A DNA stretch of 63,895 nucleotides, the filler included, from Reticulomyxa filosa (taxonomy: Eukaryota; Protista; Foraminifera), in assembly GCA_000512085.1 (NCBI GenBank). It is 26 parts of 26 records of this genome, joined end to end, with 100 filler letters (N's around TTAATTAATTAA, not from the genome) between each part and the next. Parts side by side here need not be neighbours in the genome. Positions count along the whole stretch, not along the records: positions 36,715 to 38,331 come from ASPP01009539.1; positions 38,432 to 40,043 come from ASPP01014752.1; positions 40,144 to 41,719 come from ASPP01004871.1; positions 41,820 to 42,925 come from ASPP01016338.1; positions 43,026 to 44,194 come from ASPP01002507.1; positions 44,295 to 46,049 come from ASPP01021407.1; positions 46,150 to 47,640 come from ASPP01001913.1; positions 47,741 to 53,114 come from ASPP01007877.1; 18 more parts are not named here. The stretch is one strand, 5' to 3'. Made by a program: the position numbers and the translations under genes. The notes below the pieces were generated by a model. It was not told the origin of the DNA and ran no database searches. It saw only the letters and a program-made list of their open reading frames with translations. Position 1 is the first letter of the stretch, and every line of letters begins with the position of its first letter. Positions 38,272 to 50,102 of the stretch are shown one piece after another.

Positions 38272-38468
38272 GTTACTCTTTTTTTTTTTTTTTTTTTTGT
38301 TATTTAACAAAGTCTTATGCACGTATGTACGNNNNNNNNNNNNNNNNNNNNNNNNNNNNNNNNNNNNNNNNNNNNTTAATTAATTAANNNNNNNNNNNNN
38401 NNNNNNNNNNNNNNNNNNNNNNNNNNNNNNNAAAAAAAAAAAAAAAAAAAAAAAAGGGGACTGTATAA

Positions 38469-40020
38469 CTACAAAACCGTGACGATATCGTTTTGGTCTT
38501 TTTTTCCGAACATGCGAGTGGTTCTGTCCAAGCCCTTTTTGATGTATTTCCAATACGTGTTGATATCTTCGGGGGACGTCAAGAAGGTGAGTTTTTCAAT
38601 GTTGGGATCGTTGACAAAGACTTTGGAATTGGTGTTCATGGATTGCTCCAACATGTTGGTATCGAAAGTTGGAGATCGCCGTTTCGCCCATTGTTTGGAA
38701 GAATTGAGAGTGGATACGCCCAATGTATTCTGTCCATTTCTGGGCGAGTTATTGCCACTGCCACCACCAACCCCTGTTCCTGTTCCTGTTCCTCCTCCTC
38801 CTCCAACTCCTCCCATGCTACCACCACTTCCACTTGCACTACCACTGGCACTATTTCTGTAACGTACATCGCCTTCAGGTGGATTCTCGCCAGGTACGCC
38901 AACGCTATACTTGCGCAGACGACTGACTTTGTCCTTGACCATGGCCGAAAAGCCTTTCCAATTGCTTTTGTTTTTGGTGGACTTGTCGTCATGATAACCG
39001 GTGTCAAGGTTGTCAATGCTTAGCGACTGTTTCAATTCGAGACGCGAAGGCAGGATATGACTGGAGCGCTGTGGTCCCAATTCCTCCGACTTGATTCGCA
39101 GCAGCTGCCTGTCACCACTACCACCCCCACCGTCGTCCAAATCGCTTTCTTCAGCGTGGCTGTCCTTGCCTTCGATCATTTGCGTGGTGCTCATTGTCAG
39201 CTGGTTGGATATTTCACTTTCATTTTTCGCAATGCCGTTGGTCAATGGCGGCATGTCGTTCGTTTCTGTCTCAGTTTCCGTTTCTGTTTCCATTTCGATT
39301 TCGTTGTCTTTGGTCTCATTGTCACTTTCCTTTGTCTGTTCGTTGTCATTGTCATTGTCATTGTCATTGTCATTGTCATTATCATTGTCTTTGTCTTTAT
39401 CTTTATCTTTATTTTTATTCGTTTCTTTGCTTTTTTTCTCTTCTTTGTCGTGCGCCTCATCATCAGTGGGGGTTTGTCCAAGATGGGAAGGGAAGGCAAA
39501 CTCTCTGTTGGAAGAAGTGGGCGACAGTGGGATAAGAATGTGTCCTTCGACCGGGGAATACGTTTTGGCGCGTGTCAATGTGATCTGAGGAGACGAGTCC
39601 GACGCGGACGTGAGAGTATTGCGCTCGGACGAGGCCGGCATATGTGTGCCGTCGATGGTGAGTTGATGTTTCCTTGGTGTTGAACTGTTGTTGTTGTTGT
39701 TGTTGTTATTGTTTCGATAAGTATGCAATAGTGTATGAGCATCGTCTTTGCCATGAGTGGACGACAAAATGTCTCTGGTCATGTCGATCTTTTGAGTCAA
39801 CGCTTTGCTCACCGCCTCGGTGCATCGCTTGTGGATGTCATGCTTCAATCCGTCCAATTCCTCCAGCACATCCTGGCTCGAGTCAAAGTCTTCCCATGTG
39901 GTTTTCATCCAGTCTTTCACAAGCGTTATCAGTCGATACCGAAAATTCTGCGCCTCATTCGGGTCCGGGTACTCTTTCAATGCATTGCGAAAAAGTATGC
40001 GAATATCTCGGAGTAGCTTT
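38469..40020 (-). CDS. RasGEF-type protein fragment (REM/RasGEF_N end + long low-complexity linker)
   Basis: FRYRLITLVKDWMKTTWEDFDSSQDVLEEL matches REM 'RVxxVLxxWxxxxxxDF'. DN, ET and G repeats follow. Confidence 0.6.
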
Positions 40021-40164
40021 CTTTTTTTTTTTTTTTTTTTTTANNNNNNNNNNNNNNNNNNNNNNNNNNNNNNNNNNNNNNNNNNNNTTAATTAATTAAN
40101 NNNNNNNNNNNNNNNNNNNNNNNNNNNNNNNNNNNNNNNNNNNAAAAAACTGCCATACCTAAAC

Positions 40165-40345
40165 TTATTATAACGAAGAATATATTAGTATCAAATTTAT
40201 TAAAACAAAGAATAGTATTAATTTATGTTATGAACCATTTAATGGTAATATTTGTATTTGGTGATAATTTTTTTTAGAATAAGAAACTAAAGTGTTTTTG
40301 TTTGAGAAATTTAATTTACAAAAAGTAAGTTGATACTACATTTGA
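40165..40345 (+). pseudogene. WD40 gene 3' end remnant with conserved 3' flank
   Basis: INLCYEPFNGNICIW*; the downstream AAAGTGTTTTTGTTTGA.AAATTT.ATT...AAAAGTAAG.TGATA matches 20500-20560. Confidence 0.55.
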
Positions 40346-41844
40346 AGTGACTAGTGAAAAATGACATTGATAATGTCAATTTATTGAAATATTTGTTATA
40401 GACAGCAGTAGTACATGTAAATTTTTTTCTTTTTGAAGAAAAATAATTTTAATATTTATTCATTATCGCTGATATTTTCTTCAAAGTTGTTTTTAGCATA
40501 TAATCCACAATTAACGAAAACTTACTCAAATAAATAAGTAAATGCAAATTGTATAAACATTTTATGGATCCTTAATTTCACATTTGAATTGTGTATAAGT
40601 GATTTCAATGATTCTACAAATTATATCTAGCAAAATTAAATATTTTTTTAAAATAGTATATAGAAAATTGATTTAATAATATGAATCCTAAATTTTGTTT
40701 TTTCACAATGAATATACTAACAGAAAAGTGCTTTTAAGGATATGTATACAACTTGTTATACTTGACAATTAAAATGACAATCTTTTAAGCATAATTAGTT
40801 GACACATGACATAACCTCTGAACAATTTTCTTAAAATATACAAATTGAAAATAATGAGAAAAATTATAAAATTATGTAAATACTATTTCACAAAGTGATA
40901 AAATAATTTTTCAATGCATAGGTTGCCAACACATTTGTGAAATTTCAGTGAAAAAAGCTTGGTGTGGTAAAAAGTTAGATCGCAATCAGTTTTGAATGTG
41001 TTATGAGACCTTAAGTGAGTATGACTGAAAATTGACTTATAATGAAATTGTATTAAAAATTATAAAAATCCAAAAATATATTTGAATAGACCAATACTCT
41101 TCTTTCCAAAGCGCAACTTGGTTGGGTTGTATAATGTTTAGTATTGTATTACTATAATGAATGATGACTCAAGATCTAAGTGTTTATTAAAAAAAATGAA
41201 TATAAATTTAAAAAATTAGACATTACACAATCACTCTGGGACGATAGATAAATGAATTGCAGACGCAGTGGTAAAATTCCGGTGGAAAAAGTTGATGGCT
41301 GATTGCTGTGTCATCACTTGTCTCAAAGTCAAATTTAAAATACTGCTATTAATTGGCATGAACAATGATTTAGTTTTTAAATTCGATTATTTGATGTCCA
41401 TTTATGAAAGTGAGCGCATATGTCGCAGGTACAGAAATACCGCCTTTGGCAGTGTTTGAGATATCGATTATCATCACACCAAAGAAATGTTCGATTTTGT
41501 TGGCTTTTGCAGATATTTGACTTTAATCGATTCAATAGACATCATTTACTTTGCTCCAACTTTATTTGAAACAAAGGCTCAAATTTGTCTTGTTCTCCAA
41601 ACATTTTGAAACGCATTTTGATTTTTCCATTCAAGACAAACCACACGCTGGTGTTAACAATCACAATCATGCCGATAATAATAACAATTATGGGAGATAA
41701 TACAAATAATGCCAGGTTTNNNNNNNNNNNNNNNNNNNNNNNNNNNNNNNNNNNNNNNNNNNNTTAATTAATTAANNNNNNNNNNNNNNNNNNNNNNNNN
41801 NNNNNNNNNNNNNNNNNNNAAAAAAATAAAAAAATAAATAAATA

Positions 41845-42895
41845 ATATGAAAGACATACCCAGAATGGCACCAACGACACCAATCAAAGCTTGGGTATTA
41901 CCAACAGTGATATTGACGCCATATTTTCGATGCATGATATAAGGATACCAACTTCCTCCGACAGTGATAATGCCCAATCCGAAAAAGGACTGCGCACTTG
42001 CCAACAAAATATGTAACCATTGCCATTGATTCAATTGTGGCAGTTCGTACCATGACGATCCAATAAGTTTGATTTGTCCACTTGTTTCTGCGTTTTCAAT
42101 ACTATCATTATCATTGTCATTGTCATTGTCATTGTCATTGTCGTTATCATTATCGTTTGTATGTCCAGTTTCATTTTCATGTTGTCTTCCGTTTCCTTCG
42201 TTGGATATGTTGATCCCGCTTTTGTCCAGATTTTGAATGGGGAACCGTTTGTCACGTTGTTCGTTGCGTAAGTTCAAAGTCAGGTCCTTCCCATGGCCCA
42301 ACAAAGGTGTCAATGCATCCGCTTCGTCTTAATTAATATTCATAATTGCAAATTATTAGTATGTACGTATACATAATATATATGTATATGTTTTAGATGC
42401 GTCCATTTTTTTTTTTTTTTTTTTAAAATATATAGCCAAGTAAGTATTTGTTAACACAATAGAAAAAAAAAAAAAAAAAAAAATTTGTTGTTGTTGTTAT
42501 TGAAAAAACTTGTGTGTTTTCGTGTTACTTGAGCTGCACATTTGTTGCAATTGTAAAAGGTGCTTTTGTTGGCCATAGATGAAAAAATAAGCATAGACAG
42601 ATCCGGCGATACTACCAAAGGTGCACAGATAAAAGACAATGCGATGCTCTTTTGCGGAAGCCTTGGAAGAGTATTCCACATGAACGTTGGCCATGATTCC
42701 GTAGAGGTGGTTTCCATAAGTCAAGCCAATCACATTGATAACATGCAAGTAACTGCTGTACGTCACAGTTACACAATAAGGTAAAATTAGATTAAAATAT
42801 GCCAACGACAAGGCAATATGGCAAAAGGTCAGTCCACAAAGCACAATTACCACCGTATATTCCACAAATGAACTTGTCACGCTTGCCCACAACAT
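41845..42895 (-). CDS. Multi-pass membrane transporter (MFS-like), internal fragment
   Basis: Several hydrophobic helices flank a central hydrophilic loop containing TPLL and DN repeats. The fragment is spliced. Confidence 0.55.
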
Positions 42896-43235
42896 TAATA
42901 TTCCTTCGTTTTTTTTTTTTTTTTTNNNNNNNNNNNNNNNNNNNNNNNNNNNNNNNNNNNNNNNNNNNNTTAATTAATTAANNNNNNNNNNNNNNNNNNN
43001 NNNNNNNNNNNNNNNNNNNNNNNNNCAGTGAAGAGCCAAATTTGTTTTCACAACCGTTGATTGATCTCGTCGTACAACCTTTGATATTTATTTGTTTTTT
43101 TTATATTTTAACTTAACATTTTTTTTCACTTGTTGTTGATTGTGTTAGTTTTTAATATGTTTTGTTGATCTTTTCCTTTTTTTTTGTTTGTTTTCATTAG
43201 AGTACTTTGTTCCTTTTTTGGACGAGGTGCTCATT

Positions 43236-43915
43236 TTAACTTGGATAAGATCCATTCTTGCTAAAAAAAAAAATGTTTTTTTTTTTTTTAATGAAACAAT
43301 TCATCATTGTGGATCGATACCAATTCATGCGTGAAAACCAATGATCTGCAGAAGTAATCTTTGCATGTTTCTTGTTTTCCTTCCAAATGTTTTCATCGTC
43401 CAATACTTTTTCTGCCACTCTATGTTCTTGATGTAGTATATTTTACTTGCTCTTTCGCGTTCATCATCTTGTGGTCTTGAACGCTTGATTGAATTAGGCT
43501 CTTGAGGCTTGATTTCCGCTTATTGTCTTCTTTTGCTTGCATTATCAATCATTACTATTTCATCATTGCTATTCAAATGTGATTCCTTTGATTTGGTATG
43601 ATAATATGTTTGTCCGACACTGTTAATTTAGTGTGAAGTCTGTCAATAACGACAATGAATCGCCGTTATTAATTTTTTGAATCAATACCATATACAATTC
43701 CACCATGCATACTGGTATTTGATAGTTTACTAGTTGCAGACATGTTCGTAGCTGCCTTACCATTAGATTGATTCTTGACCAATTCTATTTGTGGTATTTT
43801 GTCTTAACATGGCTTGCAGTATAACCGATTAGTGTAAAACACATCGCCTCAGCAGTCTGTATCGCCTTGACAAGCCTTGTTACCAGTAGTGGGCTTCGGT
43901 TTGCTCAATGGAAGT
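43236..43915 (-). pseudogene. Degenerate coding sequence of unknown family
   Basis: Coding-like reading (ACQGDTDC*..LYCKPC*..GGIVYGIDSKN**RRFIVVID) broken by many stops. Confidence 0.3.
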
Positions 43916-43998
43916 TACCCGCCAATTGTAGTTCTGCCAACGAAAAAAACTGATAATTGCCAATTTCTCAAATACTCTTAAGGCAAGCAAGGTTCTAC

Positions 43999-44194
43999 TA
44001 CAGTAGGTTGCAAAGAAAACTGAACGCCTAAAACATATCTTATGATGATAATTGATTTTCTCCATGAAAAATCAACATTTAGACCTAATTTTTTTTTTTA
44101 AAAATATCTACAAATATTGTAGTTTTTAAATATGATATTGGTTTTTTAATAACTTTTTTTTTTGTTGGATGAAATCAACATTCTTTCAAATGAT
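43999..44194 (+). mobile_element. Tc1/mariner-like MITE, left arm (TA + CAGTAGGTTGCAAAGAAAACTG...)
   Basis: About 180 bp is the reverse complement of 55627-55810; it starts TA-CAGT. Confidence 0.8.
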
Positions 44195-44400
44195 NNNNNN
44201 NNNNNNNNNNNNNNNNNNNNNNNNNNNNNNNNNNNNNNTTAATTAATTAANNNNNNNNNNNNNNNNNNNNNNNNNNNNNNNNNNNNNNNNNNNNGGAAGA
44301 GAGAAAAGGGGGGGAAGGAAGGAGAAGGGAAAAAATATTCAAATGGTAAAAGATACAGTATATAAACAGAAATGAATATATACACAAAAAAAGAATCATA

Positions 44401-45840
44401 CCCAGTTTTTACGTTGGATCCATTTGCAACGTTGACATTCTTGACATCACATTCAATAGTAGACACAACTTTGGCGACTTCAGCATCCAATTCGGACAGG
44501 TCAGGCATCACCCATCCCTCCAAGTTTTTCTCCCACGCAGACTCGAACTGCAATTCATAATCGGGGTATTCAAAGTCGTATCTTTTGCCATCCATGAACA
44601 CCGTAATACAGTTATCATAGGTAACCACTTGATATCGTAATTTGGCGTTTTTCAGTTGCAAAACCAAATGGTTTTCAGAATCCAAACGGACATTTTCAAC
44701 CTCCCATGACTTGTTTCCAAACTGTGTGATATTCCAATCAATCAATATACATGCATATACATACGTATGCACATACGTATACATATATATATTATATTAT
44801 GTATGTATATATTTACTCAACTGACACGATCCATGATCCGTGATTTCTAAACAAAATCTTTACTTTCAAACGCTGATTTTGCTCTTCACTTCCGCCGCCA
44901 CTTCCCGAGGTAGGCAGCAATTCAACATAGCTTTGCATAGCGCCGGTGGTGGTGAATCCGATCATATCGTCGCTGTACCACACGTGGGACGCCTTCATAT
45001 CGGCCTTTGTTCTTCGGAGTGTCTGTTTGGTGACAAACAGTTTGCTCAATGCGGCCACGATGTAAGCCATGTCATCGATTTTGCCTGGGACGAGCAATTC
45101 TTGACGGTGGGTTGGAATAAAGTTGGTAGTGACTCCGCCGGTTATGAATTTGGGATGAATCAATGTTTTTTTCAAAAACTCAATGTTCGTGCAAATGCCA
45201 CCGACTTGAAAGTCTTCCAAGCATTGGTGCAATTTGAGCAGTGCGTCTTTTCGCGACGAGTCGCTATGAGCTATCACTTTGGCAATCATCGAGTCGTAGT
45301 ATGGAGTTATCGTGTCGCCCTGGCGAACGCCCGTCTCCACGCGCACTGACTCCGGAACACGCTCAGGAAAGCGCAAGTAATGCAGTTTTCCTGAACTGGA
45401 GCTGAAGCTATATTTTTCAAGCAAGCAAAACAGATTCGTTTAAAAAGAGCCACACATTTTTAAAAAATATATATGTATATGTACATATACACACACACAC
45501 ATAAATACATATTTTATTTATATAGAAACTTGTTGAAAGGATCTTCGGCATAAATCCTAGCCTCGATGGAATGCCCGTGCAATAAGAGATCGGATTGTTT
45601 TGCGGGCAGAGTGTTGCCAGAGGCGACATGCAGTTGCCACTGAACCAGATCCCTTTTTACAATCATTTCTGTCACCGGGTGCTCCACTTGCAGGCGTGTA
45701 TTCATTTCCATAAAGTAGTACTTGTGCGAGTCTGGATCAAACAAAAACTCGACTGTCCCCGCTCCAACGTACTTGACGGCCAATGCCGCATCGACCGCGG
45801 ATTGTCCCATTTTATTTCGCAAGCCCTCTGCCAACCCTGG
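44401..45840 (-). CDS. MCCC1: Methylcrotonoyl-CoA carboxylase alpha subunit (biotin carboxylase C-terminal part to start of biotinyl domain)
   Basis: [69 protein letters not shown] and TNIEFL. PCC alpha is not fully excluded. Confidence 0.8.
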
Positions 45841-47740
45841 CTTGTATCCGTTCACATATACATACACACACACACACAACATACGCACATGCATACATAC
45901 ATATACACAAATCCAGTTCACTTTCAAACGTTCAGAGTTGTGTAAGCCCCCTTTCCTCTAAAATTTTTTTTTTTATATATAATATCAATATATGTATATA
46001 TATATGTATATACATACATGTATATATATATTGATATGAGATATAGATTNNNNNNNNNNNNNNNNNNNNNNNNNNNNNNNNNNNNNNNNNNNNTTAATTA
46101 ATTAANNNNNNNNNNNNNNNNNNNNNNNNNNNNNNNNNNNNNNNNNNNNAGAAACACTTCCTTAGGAGATTTACAAACAACAATTGCACAATTACACTAA
46201 TGACAAAAACATAACAATTCTTTGATAAACACTCAAAAATTTTATAATATTAAATTGACTAAAATGAATTGTAATTTGTGAATTGACTTATTTGTTTTCA
46301 TCATTTTGAATTTATTATAAAAGCAGTTAAATAACCTTTCTCAATATTTAACTTATTCAAGTTACAGATATCACAAATCTCTATTAATTTTCCTGATTAC
46401 TTTCTCAAAAGAAATCTCACTAAAAAATGTACTTCTTGACAATTTTATACTTCAACATTGTATCTACAAAACCTTTTGACTAAATTTCTTTTTTGCGTGA
46501 AAAATAATCTTTATTAATACATTCAATTATATCAATTTTCATACCTTAAATATGCTGAATATATTTGAAAAATAAATTAATGAGTTTATTGTCAGAAGAA
46601 TCAAATATTTTTTTAATATTTGTCCTCAATATTTCATTTATTAAAAATATTGTTGAAACTATAACAAAAGATAGGTTCTATTTGTGATAAAAGCAATTCA
46701 CTAATAAAAGAAAGTTTGTTGAGTTTTTTGGAAAGGAGACGTTCAGTTCGAACAGCGATCATTTTAAGGGGGAAGAAGACATTCTTCACCTCCTTGCCGT
46801 TTCTCACAGCTTTGGGGATTTCCTAAAAGTGTCCTTGTCCCTGTATGCCCTTGACATGGAGTTCACACTACACACAGTACGCTGAAGAAATATTTTTTCT
46901 TTACAAAATTAATTTAAGCTTTTTTTCACAATGTATTTGATAAGCAAAAATCATTACTCTATTCACCGTGTCGGAGGATAAACCAAGAAAAAATATTTTA
47001 AAAATAAGAAACAAGGTGTTAAGTGTTTATTGAATTCATGAACAACCTTCAAATAAAAACTTTTATGCATAATGCATTGACAGGTCGCAAAAAAAAAAAA
47101 AAATTTTCAATATTACAGTTGCGACAAAAAAAAATTAGACACAAATATGACACTATGCAACGACATTATAAAAACAATAAATCACAATGGAAGCCAATAT
47201 CAATATATCAATATATGTCAGGCAAGATGAAGTATAACAAAGCAACACACTTTGTACAAAATTATCACAAATAACGCAGACTTCTGCTGAAAAAAAATAA
47301 AAAAAAGTGAGTTGATGAAGTCAAAATGTAAGTGGCGCAACAGTAAATAAAAAAACACAAACGAACACATTCTATATATATGTAAAAAAACAAAAAAACA
47401 TCATAGATGATCAAGCACTCAATTTTAAAAAAAGCAAAAAAAGGGAAAAGCGAAAAAGAAAAAATTAAATTGGGCGGCGCCTTCAGGAACATCGTGGCGC
47501 CGCCAGAACTAATCTTTTCTTTTTGCTTTTTTTAAGTTTTCAAAAGTGACATAAAATGGAGTTTTCTCGCAAATGGAAAGGAGTCATTGAGTCGCGATAA
47601 CGCGGACCTGGTAGTACTCAACGAGTTCTACAAAAGTAGGNNNNNNNNNNNNNNNNNNNNNNNNNNNNNNNNNNNNNNNNNNNNTTAATTAATTAANNNN
47701 NNNNNNNNNNNNNNNNNNNNNNNNNNNNNNNNNNNNNNNN

Positions 47741-48511
47741 ACCACTCGCTATCGCTTGTTTGTGTGCGGCGGCACGGACACGTCGAGCGTGCGAGACGAC
47801 TGCTATCTGCTCGACCTCATGCAGCTGCACGAGCGGACACCGATCTTCTCAAATGGGGAGAAGGAGGAGGAGGAGGAGGAGGAGAAAGAGGAGGTGCTGG
47901 AAAAGGAAAGCGCAGCTCACTTTGTACTGCCTTTCACGCGCTCCAATCGAATCCAGTGGATGAAACGCAGCTACGACGAGTTCAGAGTCGGCGATGACAG
48001 GCAACTCGTTGATGAGTCCACTGATCCCACCACGGTCGAAACGGTTCCCAAAATTTCAGACGATGCTGGATGGGTTCGCTTGCCTTCAATGCTTTCCTCT
48101 CGATATGGGTGTGATGGTTCGCTTTTCATATTCATATTTTATTCAATATCTTTACCCGTTTTTTTTTTTTTTTTTGCAATGGACACTTTCTTAAAACAAT
48201 GGCTTTTTTTTTTTTTGAAAGGTATCGTGTGGAATGATGAGTATTTCTTGGTGTTGGGAGGACATCGCTCCTATCGCAGAATGGACGGACTGAACTTGCA
48301 TAAACTCACGTGGAAAAAGTTCCCTTACAGCAATTACGATCATTGCTTTGGAATTATCGGCATTTGGAATAATTACGTCATTTGGGCGGGGGATGATAAA
48401 AAACTCGACAACATCGAGTGCTTCGACTTTCGAGACCAGCAATGGCATCAAATTAATTCCCCCAAGTCCATTCCTACCAAAAATAAGCTTAGAACGTGGG
48501 CGTGGCTATAA
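47741..48511 (+). CDS. Kelch-repeat protein, C-terminal part
   Basis: LFVCGG, WVRLPSMLSSRYG, FLVLGG..WKKFP and IECFDFRDQQW, with one intron. Confidence 0.75.
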   Translation, partial: TTRYRLFVCGGTDTSSVRDDCYLLDLMQLHERTPIFSNGEKEEEEEEEKEEVLEKESAAHFVLPFTRSNRIQWMKRSYDEFRVGDDRQLVDESTDPTTVETVPKISDDAGWVRLPSMLSSRYGCDGSLFIFIFYSISLPVFFFFFAMDTFLKQWLFFFLKGIVWNDEYFLVLGGHRSYRRMDGLNLHKLTWKKFPYSNYDHCFGIIGIWNNYVIWAGDDKKLDNIECFDFRDQQWHQINSPKSIPTKNKLRTWAWL

Positions 48512-48735
48512 ATTCTTTTTTTTTTTTTTGAAATGCTCTTGTCACCTTAAGCAATGTCTACAATATTCTTCTTAACTTGAATTTCGATTCGGGTAATAAA
48601 CAATCCTCGAATAAATTTTTGCACAGCTAAATTGGCAAACAGAAAAAGCTTGGACAGTAAAAAAAAAAAGTTTGAAAGGATTTCTCCTCAACTCATTCCT
48701 TTTGTTGCAAATTCGAACATCTATAATCTAATATC

Positions 48736-50102
48736 ATGTTCAATCCTCTTGGTGGATTTCACTTCAAACCATCAGAAGAAGAGCTAGCGATAAGACAGAA
48801 ATTGGAGGAAGAGAGAAAAAAACAAGCGGGTGTAACAGAAGAAAAAAAAAAGCATAGCAGCAAGAGCAAGAGCAATAGCAATAGCAATAGCGAAGCAAGT
48901 TCAACAAATGCATCTGACGAAAAAAAGCCAGAGACAAAAAAAGCCAATGGTTCAACTACAGTAAAAACTGACACCAAATCCAAAACCGACACAAATTCAA
49001 ACTCAGATTCAAATACAAACTCAAACACAAACAATACGGATACCTCCAAAGGAAAAGTTAAAGCAAATAAAAAGTCAGAGTGAAAACAAAAGACAGAGAT
49101 ATTTGTTTGAGTCGATTTTGTGTGAACTCTTTTCTTCCTTTTGCGTAATACGAAATAGCGCTAAGCCAAAATACAAATATATACAGAGCAAAACCGAGAC
49201 TTCATCATATTACTTTTTCAAATCGACAGACCCCGAAAAAGCAAAGGAATTCAAGCCTAAGCCAATCGACGAAGAAACAGCAAAACAAAAGGAACAACAA
49301 ACCGCATCTAAGACTGTGGCAAGTTTGTGGAACACTGGCTCGACAATGTAACGTGATCCTCTCTTTATGTCTCTTTCTTTGCTCTTTGAGCCCATCATTT
49401 GTTAATGATTTTTACAATTACAAAAAAAAAAAAAAAAAATTAAATGTTGAACACTTTTGTTGGATGCTTTGAACTTTGATTCACACAAAATGTGAAACAA
49501 TAGGGAAGAATATGATTACAGTGATTGGGTTCACCAAAGGTTGAAACAAGAATTAGTTAAGGTCGAGTTTGTCGGAGAGTCGATCAAAATTAATGAGGTG
49601 GAAAATGTCAGCGGCACAGTTTGGCTTTTTTATTTTATTTGAATATCTTTTTAAAAAAAAAAATTGAGTTTCGAATTTTCGTGAAAATTTTTTTAATAAA
49701 AAAAAAAAAGGCAACTTTCTTATTTGCCCGTGGAAAATTACGAGCAGGATGGGATTTAAATTTAAAAGCAAAATGGAAAGGTGTCGTCGATGGAAAAGAG
49801 GTTGAAGGGACAATTTCTATGGAAGACATTGTTGACAGTGAAGATAGTGACGATTGGTTATTTGAAGTTAGCGCCAAAGAGTTGCGAACTTCATTATTAT
49901 TTTTTATTTTTCTTAAAAAAATTTTGTTATGTTTGCATCGCCCCCTTTCATTTTTCTACAATATTCGCCAACATATTACAAACACAGATCACAGAAAGAA
50001 TTTGACAAAGGACGACGATTGATCATCAGCCAAAAGAAAAAAGTTCTTGATGTAATAGATCGTGTGTTGGCAGAATTCAAGAGTAAAAAAACTTCAAAGT
50101 AA
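48736..50102 (+). CDS. Activator of Hsp90 ATPase N-terminal (Aha1_N) domain protein, complete, 5 exons
   Basis: SSYYFF..SLWNTGST|EEYDYSDWVHQRLK..EVENVSG|ATFLFARGKLRAGWDLNLKAKWKG..EGTISMED|..VLAEFKSK*. Confidence 0.75.

Noticed and set aside
46730-46890. GC-richer island as an snRNA or tRNA
   Set aside because: No cloverleaf or recognisable snRNA motif; likely a decayed exon.
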